Source: Synergistaceae bacterium UBA5827
GTDB taxonomy: Bacteria; Synergistota; Synergistia; Synergistales; 79-D21
Assembly (NCBI GenBank): GCA_002432945.1
Contig: DJHE01000019.1
Span: 35,301 to 99,300 of the forward strand
Direction: 5' to 3'
DNA: 64,000 nucleotides
The notes below the pieces were generated by a model. It saw nothing but the letters and a program-made list of their open reading frames with translations. It was not told the DNA's origin and did not search any database. The position numbers and the translations under genes were made by a program. Position 1 is the first letter of the stretch, and each line of letters opens with the position of its first letter. Below are positions 45,854 through 64,000 of the stretch, piece after piece.

Positions 45854-46480
45854 TTAGTGCTTCTTGCGGACCAAGACGAGGCCGTTGCGTGCCCCGGGAA
45901 TGGCCCCCCTGATCAGGATCAGGTTGTTTTCCGCGTCAATCGCAGCCACTTTCAGGTTCTTGATCGTGACTCTCTCATCCCCCATGCGTCCAGGGTTGCG
46001 ATGTCCCTTGAAAACCCGCCCGGGATAGCTGTGTGCTCCCGAAGAACCAGGGCGCCGGTGCCATTTCGATTGCCCGTGAGATGCCGGACCGCCACCCCAG
46101 CCATACCGCTTCATGCCGCCGGCCGTGCCTTTGCCCTTGCTCACTCCGGTCACGTCAACGATTTCCCCGGTCTCGAAAATTGTTGCCTGGATTTCGCTCC
46201 CGGGCTGGAAAGCCGCCTCGTCATCGATACGGAACTCCCGGATCCAGCGTTTTGGCTCGATACCAGCCTTTTCGAAGACAACCCTCATCGGTTTGGCCAC
46301 GTTCTTGGCCTTTTTTGCTCCGAAGGCAAGAACGACTGCCGTGTAACCGTTCTTCTCCTGGGTCCTCACAGCGAGAACCGGGCAGGGCCCCGCTTCGACA
46401 ACCGTTACCGGGACGGCTCTTCCTTCTTCGTCAAACACCTGCGTCATTCCGATCTTCCGTCCCAAAATCCCCATGCTCAT
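45854..46480 (-). CDS. rplC: 50S ribosomal protein L3
   Basis: MSMGILGRKIGMTQVFDEEG. ATG 46480 lies 9 nt after AAGGAG. The ORF-track start at 46513 has no SD. Confidence 0.96.
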   Translation of the reverse strand: MSMGILGRKIGMTQVFDEEGRAVPVTVVEAGPCPVLAVRTQEKNGYTAVVLAFGAKKAKNVAKPMRVVFEKAGIEPKRWIREFRIDDEAAFQPGSEIQATIFETGEIVDVTGVSKGKGTAGGMKRYGWGGGPASHGQSKWHRRPGSSGAHSYPGRVFKGHRNPGRMGDERVTIKNLKVAAIDAENNLILIRGAIPGARNGLVLVRKKH

Positions 46481-46519
46481 CCAATTCAGCTCCTTTTCGC
46501 TCAGAGCTCCCACCGAAGG

Positions 46520-46825
46520 CTAAAGCTTGATCTGGATATCCACCCCGGAAGGGAGATTCAGCTGCATTAAGGCCTCCATCGTTTTCTGTGTCGGGTCGAT
46601 AATGTCGATGAGGCGCTTGTGTGTACGGATTTCATACTGCTCCCGGGCATCCTTGTCCTTGTGCGGAGACTTCAGGACCGTAAACTTGTTGATCTCCGTA
46701 GGGATCGGGATAGGCCCGGACACTTTAGCTCCCGTGCGCTCCGCCGTTTCCGCTATCTGCACCGCGGAGGCATCGAGCACACGGTGGTCGAACGCTTTGA
46801 GGTTGATGCGTATCTTTTTTGCCAA
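46520..46825 (-). CDS. rpsJ: 30S ribosomal protein S10
   Basis: (M)[17 protein letters not shown]...[21 protein letters not shown] start 7 nt after GGGAGGG. The ORF-track 27-aa extension would overlap tuf. Confidence 0.96.
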   Translation of the reverse strand: MAKKIRINLKAFDHRVLDASAVQIAETAERTGAKVSGPIPIPTEINKFTVLKSPHKDKDAREQYEIRTHKRLIDIIDPTQKTMEALMQLNLPSGVDIQIKL

Positions 46826-46844
46826 GGTTGTTCCCTCCCGACGA

Positions 46845-48035
<1,191 letters not shown>

Positions 48036-48071
48036 CTTCGATACCCTCCTTGTTTAGAACCGCCCTGGGCG

Positions 48072-50135
48072 TTATCGTTTCAGGACTTTTTCGGCCACAT
48101 CCGGGCCGACTTCCGCATACTTCTGGAATTTCATCGAGTACGAGGCACGTCCGGACGTCTTGCTCCGCAGGTCCGTTGCGTATCCAAACATCTCGGCCAG
48201 CGGAACCTGCGCACGAACAATCCTGGCGTTGCTTCGCATTTCCATCCCCTCGACACTGCCTCGCCTTGATGCGAGGTCACCCATGACATCCCCGACATAT
48301 TCTTCGGGAGTGACAACCTCGACTTCCATCACCGGTTCCATGAGAACCGGCGATGCCTTCCGCATCGCTTCCTTGAAGGCCATGGAAGCAGCGATCTTGA
48401 ACGCAAGCTCGGAGCTGTCCACGTCGTGGTAGCTTCCGTCGACGAGGGCAATTTTCATGCCGATGACCGGGTAACCGCCCAGGATACCGTTGTTTTTCGC
48501 TTCATCCAGCCCCTTGCGGACAGCAGGGATGAATTCCTTGGGGACAACCCCGCCGACGATTTTGTCCTCGATTTCGAAACCGACATGATCCGGCAACGGT
48601 TCCATCTCGATGACGATATCGCCGTACTGCCCATGTCCACCGCTCTGCCGGACAAACTTTCCCTGTGCGCGAGAATCGTGACGAATGGATTCCCTGTAGG
48701 CGACCTGCGGACGACCGACCTTGACTTCAACGTTGAATTCTCTTTTCAGGCGATCGACCAGGATTTCGAGGTGCAGTTCGCCCATCCCCTGGATGATCGT
48801 CTGCCCCGTTTCCTCGTCGACGTGAACCCGGAAGGTCGGATCTTCCTCGGAAAGGGCTGAAAGCCCCTTGGAAAGCTTAACCTGGTCAGCCTTGCTAAGC
48901 GGCTCAACGGAAAGGTCGATGACCGGTTCCGGGAACTCTAGGGATTCCAGGACGATCGGAGCCCCTTCAGCGCAAAGGGTTTCACCCGTCCTTGTCCCCT
49001 TTAGTCCCGGGAGGGCAATAATTGCGCCCGCTTCGGTCGATTCCAGCTCTTCCCTCTTGTTGGCATGCATGCGCAGGATGCGCCCTATCCTCTCACGCCT
49101 GCCGGTTGTGGCATTCAGGACACTCTGCCCCGCTTCGATCCGGCCGCTGTAGACCCGGCAGAAGACAAGCCGGCCGACGAAAGGATCAACCATGATCTTG
49201 AAGGCAAGGGCGGTAAAAGGTTCGTCCTCGGAAGAAAGGCGCTCTTCCTCGAGGTTGGTGTCGGGGTTGATGCCCTTGATCGGTGGGAGGTCAAGAGGGC
49301 TGGGAAGATAGTCGATAACAGCATCAAGGACAAGCTGTATCCCCTTGTTCTTGAACGCGGAACCGCACATCACAGGAACGACCTTCATGGCGATAGTCCC
49401 GTTCCGGATGGCCCGCTTCAACGTGTCAACCGGCACTTCCTTCCCTTCCAGGTAAAGCTCCATGACCTCCTCGTCGACATCCGCAAGTGTTTCGATCAGG
49501 AGGTCCCTCGCCATCTGCGCATCTTCGACGAGTTCGGCAGGAACACCAACGACTTTATAATCCGTTCCAAGGTCATCCTGGTAAATTACAGCCTTGAAGG
49601 CCACAAGATCAACCATTCCCGTGAAACTGTCCTCAAGACCAATCGGCATCTGGATCGGGAGGGGCCTCGTTCCAAGCCTCTCCCTCATTCCATCGATGAC
49701 CGCGTTAAAATCCGCGCCTACGCGGTCCATCTTGTTGACAAAGGCAATGCGGGGAACCCCATACCTGTCAGCCTGCCGCCAAACTGTTTCGGATTGGGGC
49801 TCAACTCCTCCAACCGCGCAGAAAACAGCGACTGCGCCATCAAGGACTCGCATGGAGCGTTCGACCTCAACCGTAAAATCCACGTGGCCGGGCGTATCAA
49901 TTATATTGATATGCGCATCGTTCCAAAGGCATGTCGTGGCGGCAGAGGTGATCGTGATGCCCCTCTCTCGCTCCTGTTCCATCCAATCCATCGTCGCGGC
50001 ACCTTCATGTACCTCTCCCATTTTGTGCTTCCGCCCCGTGTAGAAGAGGATGCGCTCTGTGGTCGTAGTTTTGCCCGCATCGATGTGGGCCGCGATCCCG
50101 ATATTTCGGATATTTTTCAGATCTACATTCGGCAT
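48072..50135 (-). CDS. fusA: elongation factor G
   Basis: 687 aa. [34 protein letters not shown] and NKMDR. Confidence 0.99.
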   Translation of the reverse strand: MPNVDLKNIRNIGIAAHIDAGKTTTTERILFYTGRKHKMGEVHEGAATMDWMEQERERGITITSAATTCLWNDAHINIIDTPGHVDFTVEVERSMRVLDGAVAVFCAVGGVEPQSETVWRQADRYGVPRIAFVNKMDRVGADFNAVIDGMRERLGTRPLPIQMPIGLEDSFTGMVDLVAFKAVIYQDDLGTDYKVVGVPAELVEDAQMARDLLIETLADVDEEVMELYLEGKEVPVDTLKRAIRNGTIAMKVVPVMCGSAFKNKGIQLVLDAVIDYLPSPLDLPPIKGINPDTNLEEERLSSEDEPFTALAFKIMVDPFVGRLVFCRVYSGRIEAGQSVLNATTGRRERIGRILRMHANKREELESTEAGAIIALPGLKGTRTGETLCAEGAPIVLESLEFPEPVIDLSVEPLSKADQVKLSKGLSALSEEDPTFRVHVDEETGQTIIQGMGELHLEILVDRLKREFNVEVKVGRPQVAYRESIRHDSRAQGKFVRQSGGHGQYGDIVIEMEPLPDHVGFEIEDKIVGGVVPKEFIPAVRKGLDEAKNNGILGGYPVIGMKIALVDGSYHDVDSSELAFKIAASMAFKEAMRKASPVLMEPVMEVEVVTPEEYVGDVMGDLASRRGSVEGMEMRSNARIVRAQVPLAEMFGYATDLRSKTSGRASYSMKFQKYAEVGPDVAEKVLKR

Positions 50136-50183
50136 GGTTTCAGGCTCCCCAACGCCGGCAGGTCCCGAAGTGACGCATCGGGT

Positions 50184-50654
50184 CTACCAGCGGTAATGCG
50201 CAAACGCCCTGTTGGCCTCCGCCATCTTGTGCGTGTCTTCGCGCTTTTTCATGGACGCCCCTTCACCCTTGAAGGCGTCGCTGAACTCACGGGCCAGGCG
50301 CTCAACCATCGGCATGCCCTTCTTGGCTCGGGCGTACTGGATAATCCAGCGGATGGCAAGGGCCTCTGCCCTTTCGGGCCCGACCTCGACAGGAACCTGG
50401 TACGTGGCGCCACCGACACGGCGGGGTTTGACTTCTACGACGGGCTTTACGTTATCCATTGCTTTCCGGAAAACCTCGTCCGGCTGCGAATTCAGCCTCT
50501 TGGCTGAAAGCTCAAGCGCCCCGTAAACGATCCGTTCTGCCGTGCTCTTCTTTCCGCAATACATGACGCAGTTCACGAACTTCGTGAGAGTCTGGATCCC
50601 GAACACGGGATCTGCAGATACTGTCCTCTTTCTAATGTGGCCCTTACGTGGCAT
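50184..50654 (-). CDS. rpsG: 30S ribosomal protein S7
   Basis: [10 protein letters not shown]...[19 protein letters not shown]...AFAHYRW. Confidence 0.98.
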   Translation of the reverse strand: MPRKGHIRKRTVSADPVFGIQTLTKFVNCVMYCGKKSTAERIVYGALELSAKRLNSQPDEVFRKAMDNVKPVVEVKPRRVGGATYQVPVEVGPERAEALAIRWIIQYARAKKGMPMVERLAREFSDAFKGEGASMKKREDTHKMAEANRAFAHYRW

Positions 50655-50683
50655 GGGCTAAAGCCTCCCTTTCCAAGAAAAAA

Positions 50684-51055
50684 CTATTTCGGGCGCCGTG
50701 CCCCGTACTTAGAACGGCTCTTGCGCCGGCCGTCAACTCCGCCACAGTCCAACGTTCCGCGGATGATGTGGTAGCGAACACCTGGAAGGTCCTTGACGCG
50801 CCCTCCGCGGACGAGTACCACAGAGTGCTCCTGCAGGTTATGGCCGACTCCCGGGATGTAAGCCGTCACTTCGATCCCGTTAGTGAGACGGACACGGGCA
50901 ACCTTCCGCAAAGCGGAATTCGGCTTCTTCGGGGTGACTGTGTAGACTCGCGTGCAAACTCCCCTGCGAGAAGGGTTACCCTGAAGGGCAGGGGCGCTCG
51001 AGCGCTGCCTCTTGTCTTCCCGCCCGATTCGGATCAACTGACTGATCGTTGGCAC
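50684..51055 (-). CDS. rpsL: 30S ribosomal protein S12
   Basis: MPTISQLIR...[22 protein letters not shown]...[15 protein letters not shown]. Confidence 0.98.
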   Translation of the reverse strand: MPTISQLIRIGREDKRQRSSAPALQGNPSRRGVCTRVYTVTPKKPNSALRKVARVRLTNGIEVTAYIPGVGHNLQEHSVVLVRGGRVKDLPGVRYHIIRGTLDCGGVDGRRKSRSKYGARRPK

Positions 51056-51072
51056 AGAACTCCCTCCTTTCC

Positions 51073-51339
51073 TTACTCGATATTTTCCAGATTCCCCTTG
51101 ACCAGCCCTGCGGCTGCCGCCTTGCGGGAAATGGCACTGGCACGGCCCAGCATTTCCATGCTCTCACACCACTCCACCGCTACGTTGCGCCTTTCGGCTT
51201 CGGCAAGGAGTTCCATGACGCGTTCTTCTGCCGCATCCCGTGCAAGGAAGAGTTTCTGCAACTGCCCCAACTGAATTTTGCGAAGTACCTGGTGGATACC
51301 GACGACCCGCCTGGCCGAAGCAAGTTCACTTAAAGGCAC
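51073..51339 (-). CDS. L7Ae-family RNA-binding protein (YbxF/RplGB-like)
   Basis: [25 protein letters not shown]...[21 protein letters not shown] resembles B. subtilis YbxF and sits at the same rpoC-rpsL position. GTG start 6 nt after GGAGGGG. Confidence 0.75.
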   Translation of the reverse strand: MPLSELASARRVVGIHQVLRKIQLGQLQKLFLARDAAEERVMELLAEAERRNVAVEWCESMEMLGRASAISRKAAAAGLVKGNLENIE

Positions 51340-51371
51340 AGCAATCCCCTCCTGTGCGGACGCACCGAGAC

Positions 51372-51400
51372 ATAATATCAACCGGGGGGGCCCCTGTCAA
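51372..51400 (-). promoter_or_regulatory. sigma70-type promoter TTGACA-17-TATTAT upstream of L7Ae-like/rpsL (str operon promoter)
   Basis: Consensus -35 (plus-strand TGTCAA 51395-51400), an exact 17-nt spacer, and -10 TATTAT (plus-strand ATAATA 51372-51377). The -35 is embedded in a CCCTGTC/GACAGGG hairpin after rpoC. Confidence 0.7.
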
Positions 51401-51453
51401 GGAAAGACAGGGACTCCCCCCAGTCTGGTCTGGACGTTTTTCGATCCGGTGAA

Positions 51454-56373
<4,920 letters not shown>

Positions 56374-59300
56374 TTACGCATCCTCCCCCTCGTCGGCCAA
56401 ATCCTGTTCATCAGGTTCCTCTTCTTCGTAGGCAGAATCCAGCTCCTTCGGGTCAACGAAAAGCATTTCCTCCGTGACGCCGCCGGAAGAAGGGGGAAGA
56501 ACCTCATCCCCGGATTCCAGGTCGATCACGGGCGGACGAGGCCGGGACGCCCCCTGCACGGCAACTTCCTCGTCCTCGTCATCCAGCAGTACCTCACCGA
56601 TCGTTCCATCGTCATACATGATCTCGACGTCAAGCGCGAGCCCCTGAAGTTCCTTCACAAGGACCCTGAAACTCTCCGGAACGCCGGGCTTGGTGAGATT
56701 CTGCCCCTTGACGATCCTCTCGTAGGTCTTCAAGCGCCCCCGAATGTCGTCGGACTTGACGGTAAGGATTTCCTGGAGGATATGGGCGGCTCCGTAACCT
56801 TCGAGGGCCCAGACTTCCATTTCCCCGAAACGCTGCCCGCCGAACTGTGCCTTGCCGCCCAAAGGCTGCTGCGTGATAAGGCTGTAGGGACCGATGGAAC
56901 GGGCGTGTATCTTGTCATCGACAAGATGGATCAGCTTGAGCATGTACATGTAGCCGACGGTGACCTTGTTTTCCATGGCTTCTCCCGTCCGGCCGTCATA
57001 GAGGGTGATGCGTCCATCCTCGGCCATTTCGGGATACGCACCGTCGGAAAGCATCTTGACTCCGTCGAAGATATCCTGTTCGTTCGCCCCCTCGAAGACG
57101 GGAGTCGACACTTTCCACCCATTGTGAACGGCAACGAAACCCATGACGGTTTCCATGACCTGCCCGAGGTTCATGCGGCTGGGAACCCCCAGGGGGCTCA
57201 AGACCACGTCAACCGGGGTCCCGTCTGGGAGGTAGGGCATATCTTCCACGGGAAGGATCTTCGAGACGACCCCCTTGTTCCCGTGACGTCCGGCGATCTT
57301 GTCTCCCTCGGAAATTTTCCGGAGTTGGGCCACGTACACCTTGACGACCTCGTTCACCCCGGGGCTCAGGTCATCGCTGTTCTGGTCAATGGTCAGGCGC
57401 TTGACTGAAACGATCTTGCCGCCTTCTCCGTTGGGCACTCGCATGGAGGTGTCCCTGACTTCCCGCGCCTTTTCGCCGAAAATCGCCCGCAGGAGTTTTT
57501 CCTCCGGGGATTGGTCCGATTCTCCCTTGGGGGTTACCTTCCCCACAAGAATGTCTCCTGCCCGGACATCTGCCCCGACCCTGACGATACCGTTCTCATC
57601 GAGGTTTTTCAGGGCATCTTCCCCAACATTCGGAATATCCCTTGTGATCTCCTCGGGTCCAAGCTTCGTGTCTCGCGCCTCGACCTCGTATTCCTCGATA
57701 TGGATGGAAGAATAGTGGTCTTCTTGGACAAGACGCTCGTTCAGTAGAATCGCGTCCTCGAAGTTATAGCCTTCCCAGGAAACGAAGGCCACCAGGACGT
57801 TTCGCCCCAAGGCAAGTTCGCCATTTTCCACCGACTGGCCATCCGCGATGATCGCGCCTGCCTCCACCCGATCCCCTGAGGAAACGATGGGGCGCTGGTG
57901 AATCACCGTTCCCTGGTTGGAACGGCGGAACTTCGTCAGGTTATAGGCATCGAGGGTCCCTCCGTCAGAACGGACCTCGATGCGGTTGGCGTCCACGAAG
58001 GTAACCGTCCCCGCCTTGCGGGCCCGGACACAGCATCCTGAATCCTTCGCGATATGGTGCTCGATTCCCGTGCCGATGATCGGCGCCTGGGGAAGAACAA
58101 GGGGAACCGCCTGGCGTTGCATGTTGGATCCCATGAGGGCGCGGTTCGCATCATCGTGCTCCAGGAACGGGATGAGAGCGGTCGAGATCGAAACGATCTG
58201 CTTCGGGGAAACATCCAGGAAGTGTATCCGGCTCGGCTCCACGGTCTCGATGACGCCCCGGAAGCGGACATGGACGTCCGAACCCGTTATCCGGCCTTCC
58301 CTGTCCATCGGGGTATTTGCCCTACCGACGAAAAACTCGTCCTCCTCGTCCGCGGAGAGATAGACGATCTCGTCGGTGGCAAGCCCATCCACGACGCGCC
58401 GCTTGGGGGTCACGAGGAACCCGTATTCGTTGATTCGGGCATAGGTCGCCAGGGATGTCACAAGACCGATGTTCGGCCCTTCAGGTGTCTCGATGGGGCA
58501 GACGCGGCCGTAATGGGTGTAATGAACGTCGCGGGCTTCGAACCCCGTCCGCTCGCGGCTGAGCCCGCCGGGGCCCAGGGCCGAGAGTCGGCGCCGATGA
58601 GTCAACTCCGCCAGGGGGTTGGTCTGGTCCATGAACTGGGAAAGCTGGGCGGACCCGAAGAATTCCCTCAATGAGGCGGAGATGGGGCGAACGTTGATAA
58701 GGTCCTTCGCCGTGGCGTTTGTCAGATCGGGCAGGGTGGTCATCCGTTCCTTGGCGATACGTTCCATCCTCAGCAGGCCGATGCGGACCTGGTTCTGGAG
58801 GAGTTCGCCAACGGCCCTGACTCTCCTGTTTCCGAGATGGTCGATATCGTCTTCGGTTTCCTCGGCATTACGGAGCCTGAGAATCCCCTGGATAATGGCA
58901 ACGACATCGTCAATGGTCAAGAGACGCTGGTTTTCCTGGATTTCAAGGCCAAGTCGCTTGTTTAGCTTATAGCGGCCGACGCGGCCCAGATTATACCGTC
59001 GGGTATCGAAAAAGAGTCCGTACACATACTCCCGGGCGTTCTCCATCCGGGCCGGCTCGTTGGGGCGAAGGCGGCGGAAAAGTTCAAGGACCGCATCTTC
59101 CCCGGAGCGGGAAGTGTCCCTTTCCAACGTAGCTGCGATAGCGTTGTCGACGCTCCAGACCCAAACCTTGGTCATTCCCATTTCGAATAGCTGTTCCAGG
59201 TGTTCTTTCGTCAACCGGTCGTTGCGGCGGATCAGGACCTGCCCTTCCTTGTCGAGAACCGCTTCCGCAAGGAGGCGACCCCTGGCCTCTTCATGGAGTT

Positions 59301-59991
59301 CCACGAGGTCGATCTGCTCGGGAGCGGCCCCGAACAGCTTCAGTATCTCTTCGTCGCTCGTGGCCCCGAAGGCCTTAAGGAGCATCGTAACGGGGATCTT
59401 CTTGCGGTTGTCGATATTGACGGACAAGACGTCCCCGGGAGTCAGGTCAAACTCGAGCCAGGCGCCCCTGTCGGGGATCACCTTGGCTGCATACGACTCT
59501 CCTCCAGGAACGGTGGTGTCCGCGCTGAAGTAAACGCCTGCCGACCGTGCCAGCTGGTTGACCACCACTCGCTCGGTCCCGTTGACGATGAACGTTCCCC
59601 GGTCCGTCATGACGGGAAAATCCCCGAGGTATATCTCCTCTTCCTTGATTTCTCCGTTCTTCCGGTTCACCAGACGGATCGTTGCACGGACAGGCATGGA
59701 CCAGGTCAGGTCCCGCTGTCGCGCTTCCTCCTCCATGATCGGGGATTCGTCCACGAAATAGCGAACGAACTCGAGCGCGAAGGATCCGTCGTAGCTCTCA
59801 ATGGGAAAAATCTCCGCCAGGATTTCCTGGAGGCCTTGGGCCTCGCGGGAATCCGCCTCTGTTTCGGCCTGGAAAAACCATCGGTAGGAATTCCTCTGGA
59901 CCTCTACAAGATCGGGTAGATCAATGAGATCCTTGGCTCTCCCAAAAACACGGCGCTGAATGTGCTTCTTTGAGGGGGCAAAAACTGTCAT
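56374..59991 (-). CDS. rpoB: DNA-directed RNA polymerase subunit beta
   Basis: [13 protein letters not shown], the Rif-region [25 protein letters not shown] and an acidic C-terminal tail. Start at ATG 59991. The ORF-track start at 60060 is an extension. Confidence 0.99.
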   Translation of the reverse strand: MTVFAPSKKHIQRRVFGRAKDLIDLPDLVEVQRNSYRWFFQAETEADSREAQGLQEILAEIFPIESYDGSFALEFVRYFVDESPIMEEEARQRDLTWSMPVRATIRLVNRKNGEIKEEEIYLGDFPVMTDRGTFIVNGTERVVVNQLARSAGVYFSADTTVPGGESYAAKVIPDRGAWLEFDLTPGDVLSVNIDNRKKIPVTMLLKAFGATSDEEILKLFGAAPEQIDLVELHEEARGRLLAEAVLDKEGQVLIRRNDRLTKEHLEQLFEMGMTKVWVWSVDNAIAATLERDTSRSGEDAVLELFRRLRPNEPARMENAREYVYGLFFDTRRYNLGRVGRYKLNKRLGLEIQENQRLLTIDDVVAIIQGILRLRNAEETEDDIDHLGNRRVRAVGELLQNQVRIGLLRMERIAKERMTTLPDLTNATAKDLINVRPISASLREFFGSAQLSQFMDQTNPLAELTHRRRLSALGPGGLSRERTGFEARDVHYTHYGRVCPIETPEGPNIGLVTSLATYARINEYGFLVTPKRRVVDGLATDEIVYLSADEEDEFFVGRANTPMDREGRITGSDVHVRFRGVIETVEPSRIHFLDVSPKQIVSISTALIPFLEHDDANRALMGSNMQRQAVPLVLPQAPIIGTGIEHHIAKDSGCCVRARKAGTVTFVDANRIEVRSDGGTLDAYNLTKFRRSNQGTVIHQRPIVSSGDRVEAGAIIADGQSVENGELALGRNVLVAFVSWEGYNFEDAILLNERLVQEDHYSSIHIEEYEVEARDTKLGPEEITRDIPNVGEDALKNLDENGIVRVGADVRAGDILVGKVTPKGESDQSPEEKLLRAIFGEKAREVRDTSMRVPNGEGGKIVSVKRLTIDQNSDDLSPGVNEVVKVYVAQLRKISEGDKIAGRHGNKGVVSKILPVEDMPYLPDGTPVDVVLSPLGVPSRMNLGQVMETVMGFVAVHNGWKVSTPVFEGANEQDIFDGVKMLSDGAYPEMAEDGRITLYDGRTGEAMENKVTVGYMYMLKLIHLVDDKIHARSIGPYSLITQQPLGGKAQFGGQRFGEMEVWALEGYGAAHILQEILTVKSDDIRGRLKTYERIVKGQNLTKPGVPESFRVLVKELQGLALDVEIMYDDGTIGEVLLDDEDEEVAVQGASRPRPPVIDLESGDEVLPPSSGGVTEEMLFVDPKELDSAYEEEEPDEQDLADEGEDA

Positions 59992-60050
59992 GGGAGTTAC
60001 GACCTCCCTTAAGGGGTTTATGGGGACAATCCTAGAGGTGACGAAGGGGC

Positions 60051-60079
60051 ATAATAGCAAAAAGGCCGCGCAATGTCAA
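60051..60079 (-). promoter_or_regulatory. sigma70-type promoter TTGACA-17-TATTAT upstream of rpoB
   Basis: Plus-strand TGTCAA at 60074-60079 and ATAATA at 60051-60056, with a 17-nt spacer. About 55 nt upstream of the rpoB ATG. Confidence 0.7.
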
Positions 60080-60120
60080 CAGACAGGCACGACCTGACAT
60101 GGAACTTCTTCCAGTTTTTA

Positions 60121-60207
60121 TGGTGTCGAGGGGGGGAGTTGAACCCCCACAGGCTAATGCCCACTAGAGCCTGAGTCTAGCGCGTCTACCAATTCCGCCA
60201 CCCCGAC
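60121..60207 (-). tRNA. tRNA-Leu (anticodon CAG), class II with long variable arm, CCA encoded
   Basis: Hand-folded. Acceptor GTCGGGG/CCTCGAC (one G:U pair). D-arm GGCGGAATTGGTAGACGC. Anticodon stem CTAGA/TCTAG with loop CTCAGGC. T-arm GGGGGTTCAACTCCCCC. 3' ACCA. Confidence 0.9.
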
Positions 60208-60226
60208 ATCGAAACCAACAAACGGG

Positions 60227-60255
60227 ATTTTAGCAACCCGATCTCTTTTTGGCAA
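60227..60255 (-). promoter_or_regulatory. sigma70-type promoter TTGCCA-17-TAAAAT upstream of tRNA-Leu
   Basis: Plus-strand TGGCAA at 60250-60255 and ATTTTA at 60227-60232, with a 17-nt spacer. The -10 ends 19 nt upstream of the tRNA 5' end. Confidence 0.65.
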
Positions 60256-60265
60256 GGGCCCTTCG

Positions 60266-63163
<2,898 letters not shown>

Positions 63164-63175
63164 CAGGTCCTCCAA

Positions 63176-63208
63176 AAATGCATCGCGGGCCTGTTGCTGC
63201 CCGCGATG
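63176..63208 (-). terminator. hairpin + T-run between metG and tatD
   Basis: Perfect 10-bp stem CATCGCGGGC / GCCCGCGATG with an 8-nt loop. On the minus strand it is followed by CATTTTTGGAGGA, that is a T5 run immediately ahead of the tatD SD. Confidence 0.5.
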
Positions 63209-63255
63209 TCCAGGCCGTATCCCCAGGGGGGAGATCGTTCAGCGGAGGCAGACGG

Positions 63256-64000
63256 TCAGTGAATCCGGCTGCCGGGAGTAATCTTTCTGTCGAGCGTCAG
63301 GAGGGCAAGTTCCTTCCCGTCCGGACTCTCCGCCGCAAGCAGCATGCCGTTGCTGACGACGCCTCTGAGTTTAGCCGGTTTCAGGTTGCAGATGACGATA
63401 ATCTCCCGGCCAACGAGATCTTCAGGCTCGTAAAACTCGCGGATGCCTGAAACGATCGTCCTTCTCTCGTATCCCAGGTCAAGGTCAAGCTTGTAAAGCT
63501 TGTTGGCGTTGGGAACCGGTTCGACGCCGAGGACCCTGGCGGTTCGCAACTCAATCTTCCGGAATTCCTCGACGGAAACCTCTTCCTCGTGTTCGCCGGG
63601 ATCCGGAAGCAGGTTCTTTTTCGCTTCCCGCTCCGCCCTGTCCGCTTCCCAGGCCTTCAGGTCAATGCGGGGAAAGAGGATTTCCTCGCGCTTGATCGAG
63701 GTGCCCTCGGGAAGGAAACCCCACGGGTAATCCTCGAAAAGGACACTGTTCGGATCGCCGTCCAGGCCAAGCTGGTCCCACATGCGGCGGGAAGTTCCCG
63801 GCATGAAGGGGGCGACGAGGAGCGAAATCTGCACGAGGGCCTGGTACAGGGTCCCCAAAACCGAATCCAGGCGGGGATCGTTGTCCTTCCCGAGCTTCCA
63901 CGGGGCCGTTTCGTCGATATACTTGTTCATCCTGGAAACGAATGTCCAGATGGTCTTCAGGGCTTCGTCGAAGGCGAACTCCGCCATCTTTTCTGCGACG
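63256..64000 (-). CDS. metG: methionyl-tRNA synthetase, C-terminal part incl. tRNA-binding (EMAP/Trbp111-like) domain; 5' end outside window
   Basis: Anticodon-binding region ETAPWKL... and C-terminal IELRTARVLGVEPVPNANKLYKLDLDLG...VICNLKPAKLRGVVSNGMLLAAE. The frame is open to the window edge. Confidence 0.92.
   Translation of the reverse strand, partial: VAEKMAEFAFDEALKTIWTFVSRMNKYIDETAPWKLGKDNDPRLDSVLGTLYQALVQISLLVAPFMPGTSRRMWDQLGLDGDPNSVLFEDYPWGFLPEGTSIKREEILFPRIDLKAWEADRAEREAKKNLLPDPGEHEEEVSVEEFRKIELRTARVLGVEPVPNANKLYKLDLDLGYERRTIVSGIREFYEPEDLVGREIIVICNLKPAKLRGVVSNGMLLAAESPDGKELALLTLDRKITPGSRIH

Overview
GC-rich bacterial chromosomal window, and almost entirely core genome. I saw no mobile elements, CRISPR arrays or rRNA, and found one tRNA.

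Gene content by position:
- 1-4430 (+): histidine biosynthesis operon hisZ-G-B-H-A-F-IE.
- 4.4-15.3 kb: mixed-strand accessory stretch. It holds a SAM methyltransferase, a DegT-like PLP enzyme, rubrerythrin, glutaminase with a SUI1/YciH factor, and an orphan prepilin-like protein. It also holds a tightly coupled 5-6 gene operon (DRTGG / GHKL ATPase / [FeFe]-hydrogenase-like Fe-S protein / DRTGG / PHP), an SSS-family symporter, an adenosine-specific kinase and a HAD hydrolase.
- 15.4-20.0 kb (+): LIV-type amino-acid ABC transporter with five genes.
- 20.8-64.0 kb: essentially everything is on the minus strand. In transcription order: metG (partial), tatD, tgt, sua5/tsaC, tRNA-Leu(CAG), rpoB, rpoC, an L7Ae-like gene, rpsL, rpsG, fusA and tuf. 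Next come the complete S10-spc-alpha ribosomal clusters (rpmJ is below the ORF-track cutoff and was found by hand), then rplQ, ecfA1-ecfA2-ecfT, truA and mreB. The run ends with a YkgJ cysteine-cluster protein, a lysine 6-aminotransferase-like gene, DUF3084, a small Cys-rich ORF, GNAT, metK, comF and a small membrane protein.

Start codons: I re-placed many ORF-track starts using Shine-Dalgarno spacing and stop/start overlaps. Several genes use TTG or GTG.

Most interesting locus: the DRTGG/GHKL/hydrogenase-like/PHP operon (8.8-12.3 kb). It looks like an uncharacterised redox- or H2-sensing regulatory module with no hydrogenase structural genes nearby.

Secondary observations:
- a terminator-like leader directly in front of metK
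- a palindromic operator over the rubrerythrin -10 element
- a perfect 14-nt palindrome in the divergent region at 12.36 kb
- two large lineage-specific insertions in beta-prime, one built of tandem repeats
- three near-consensus sigma70-type promoters around rpoBC

I did not find a clearly novel system beyond these. All functional calls rest on by-eye motif and synteny recognition, not on database searches. A Synergistota-like or Firmicutes-related anaerobe is only a guess from gene content.
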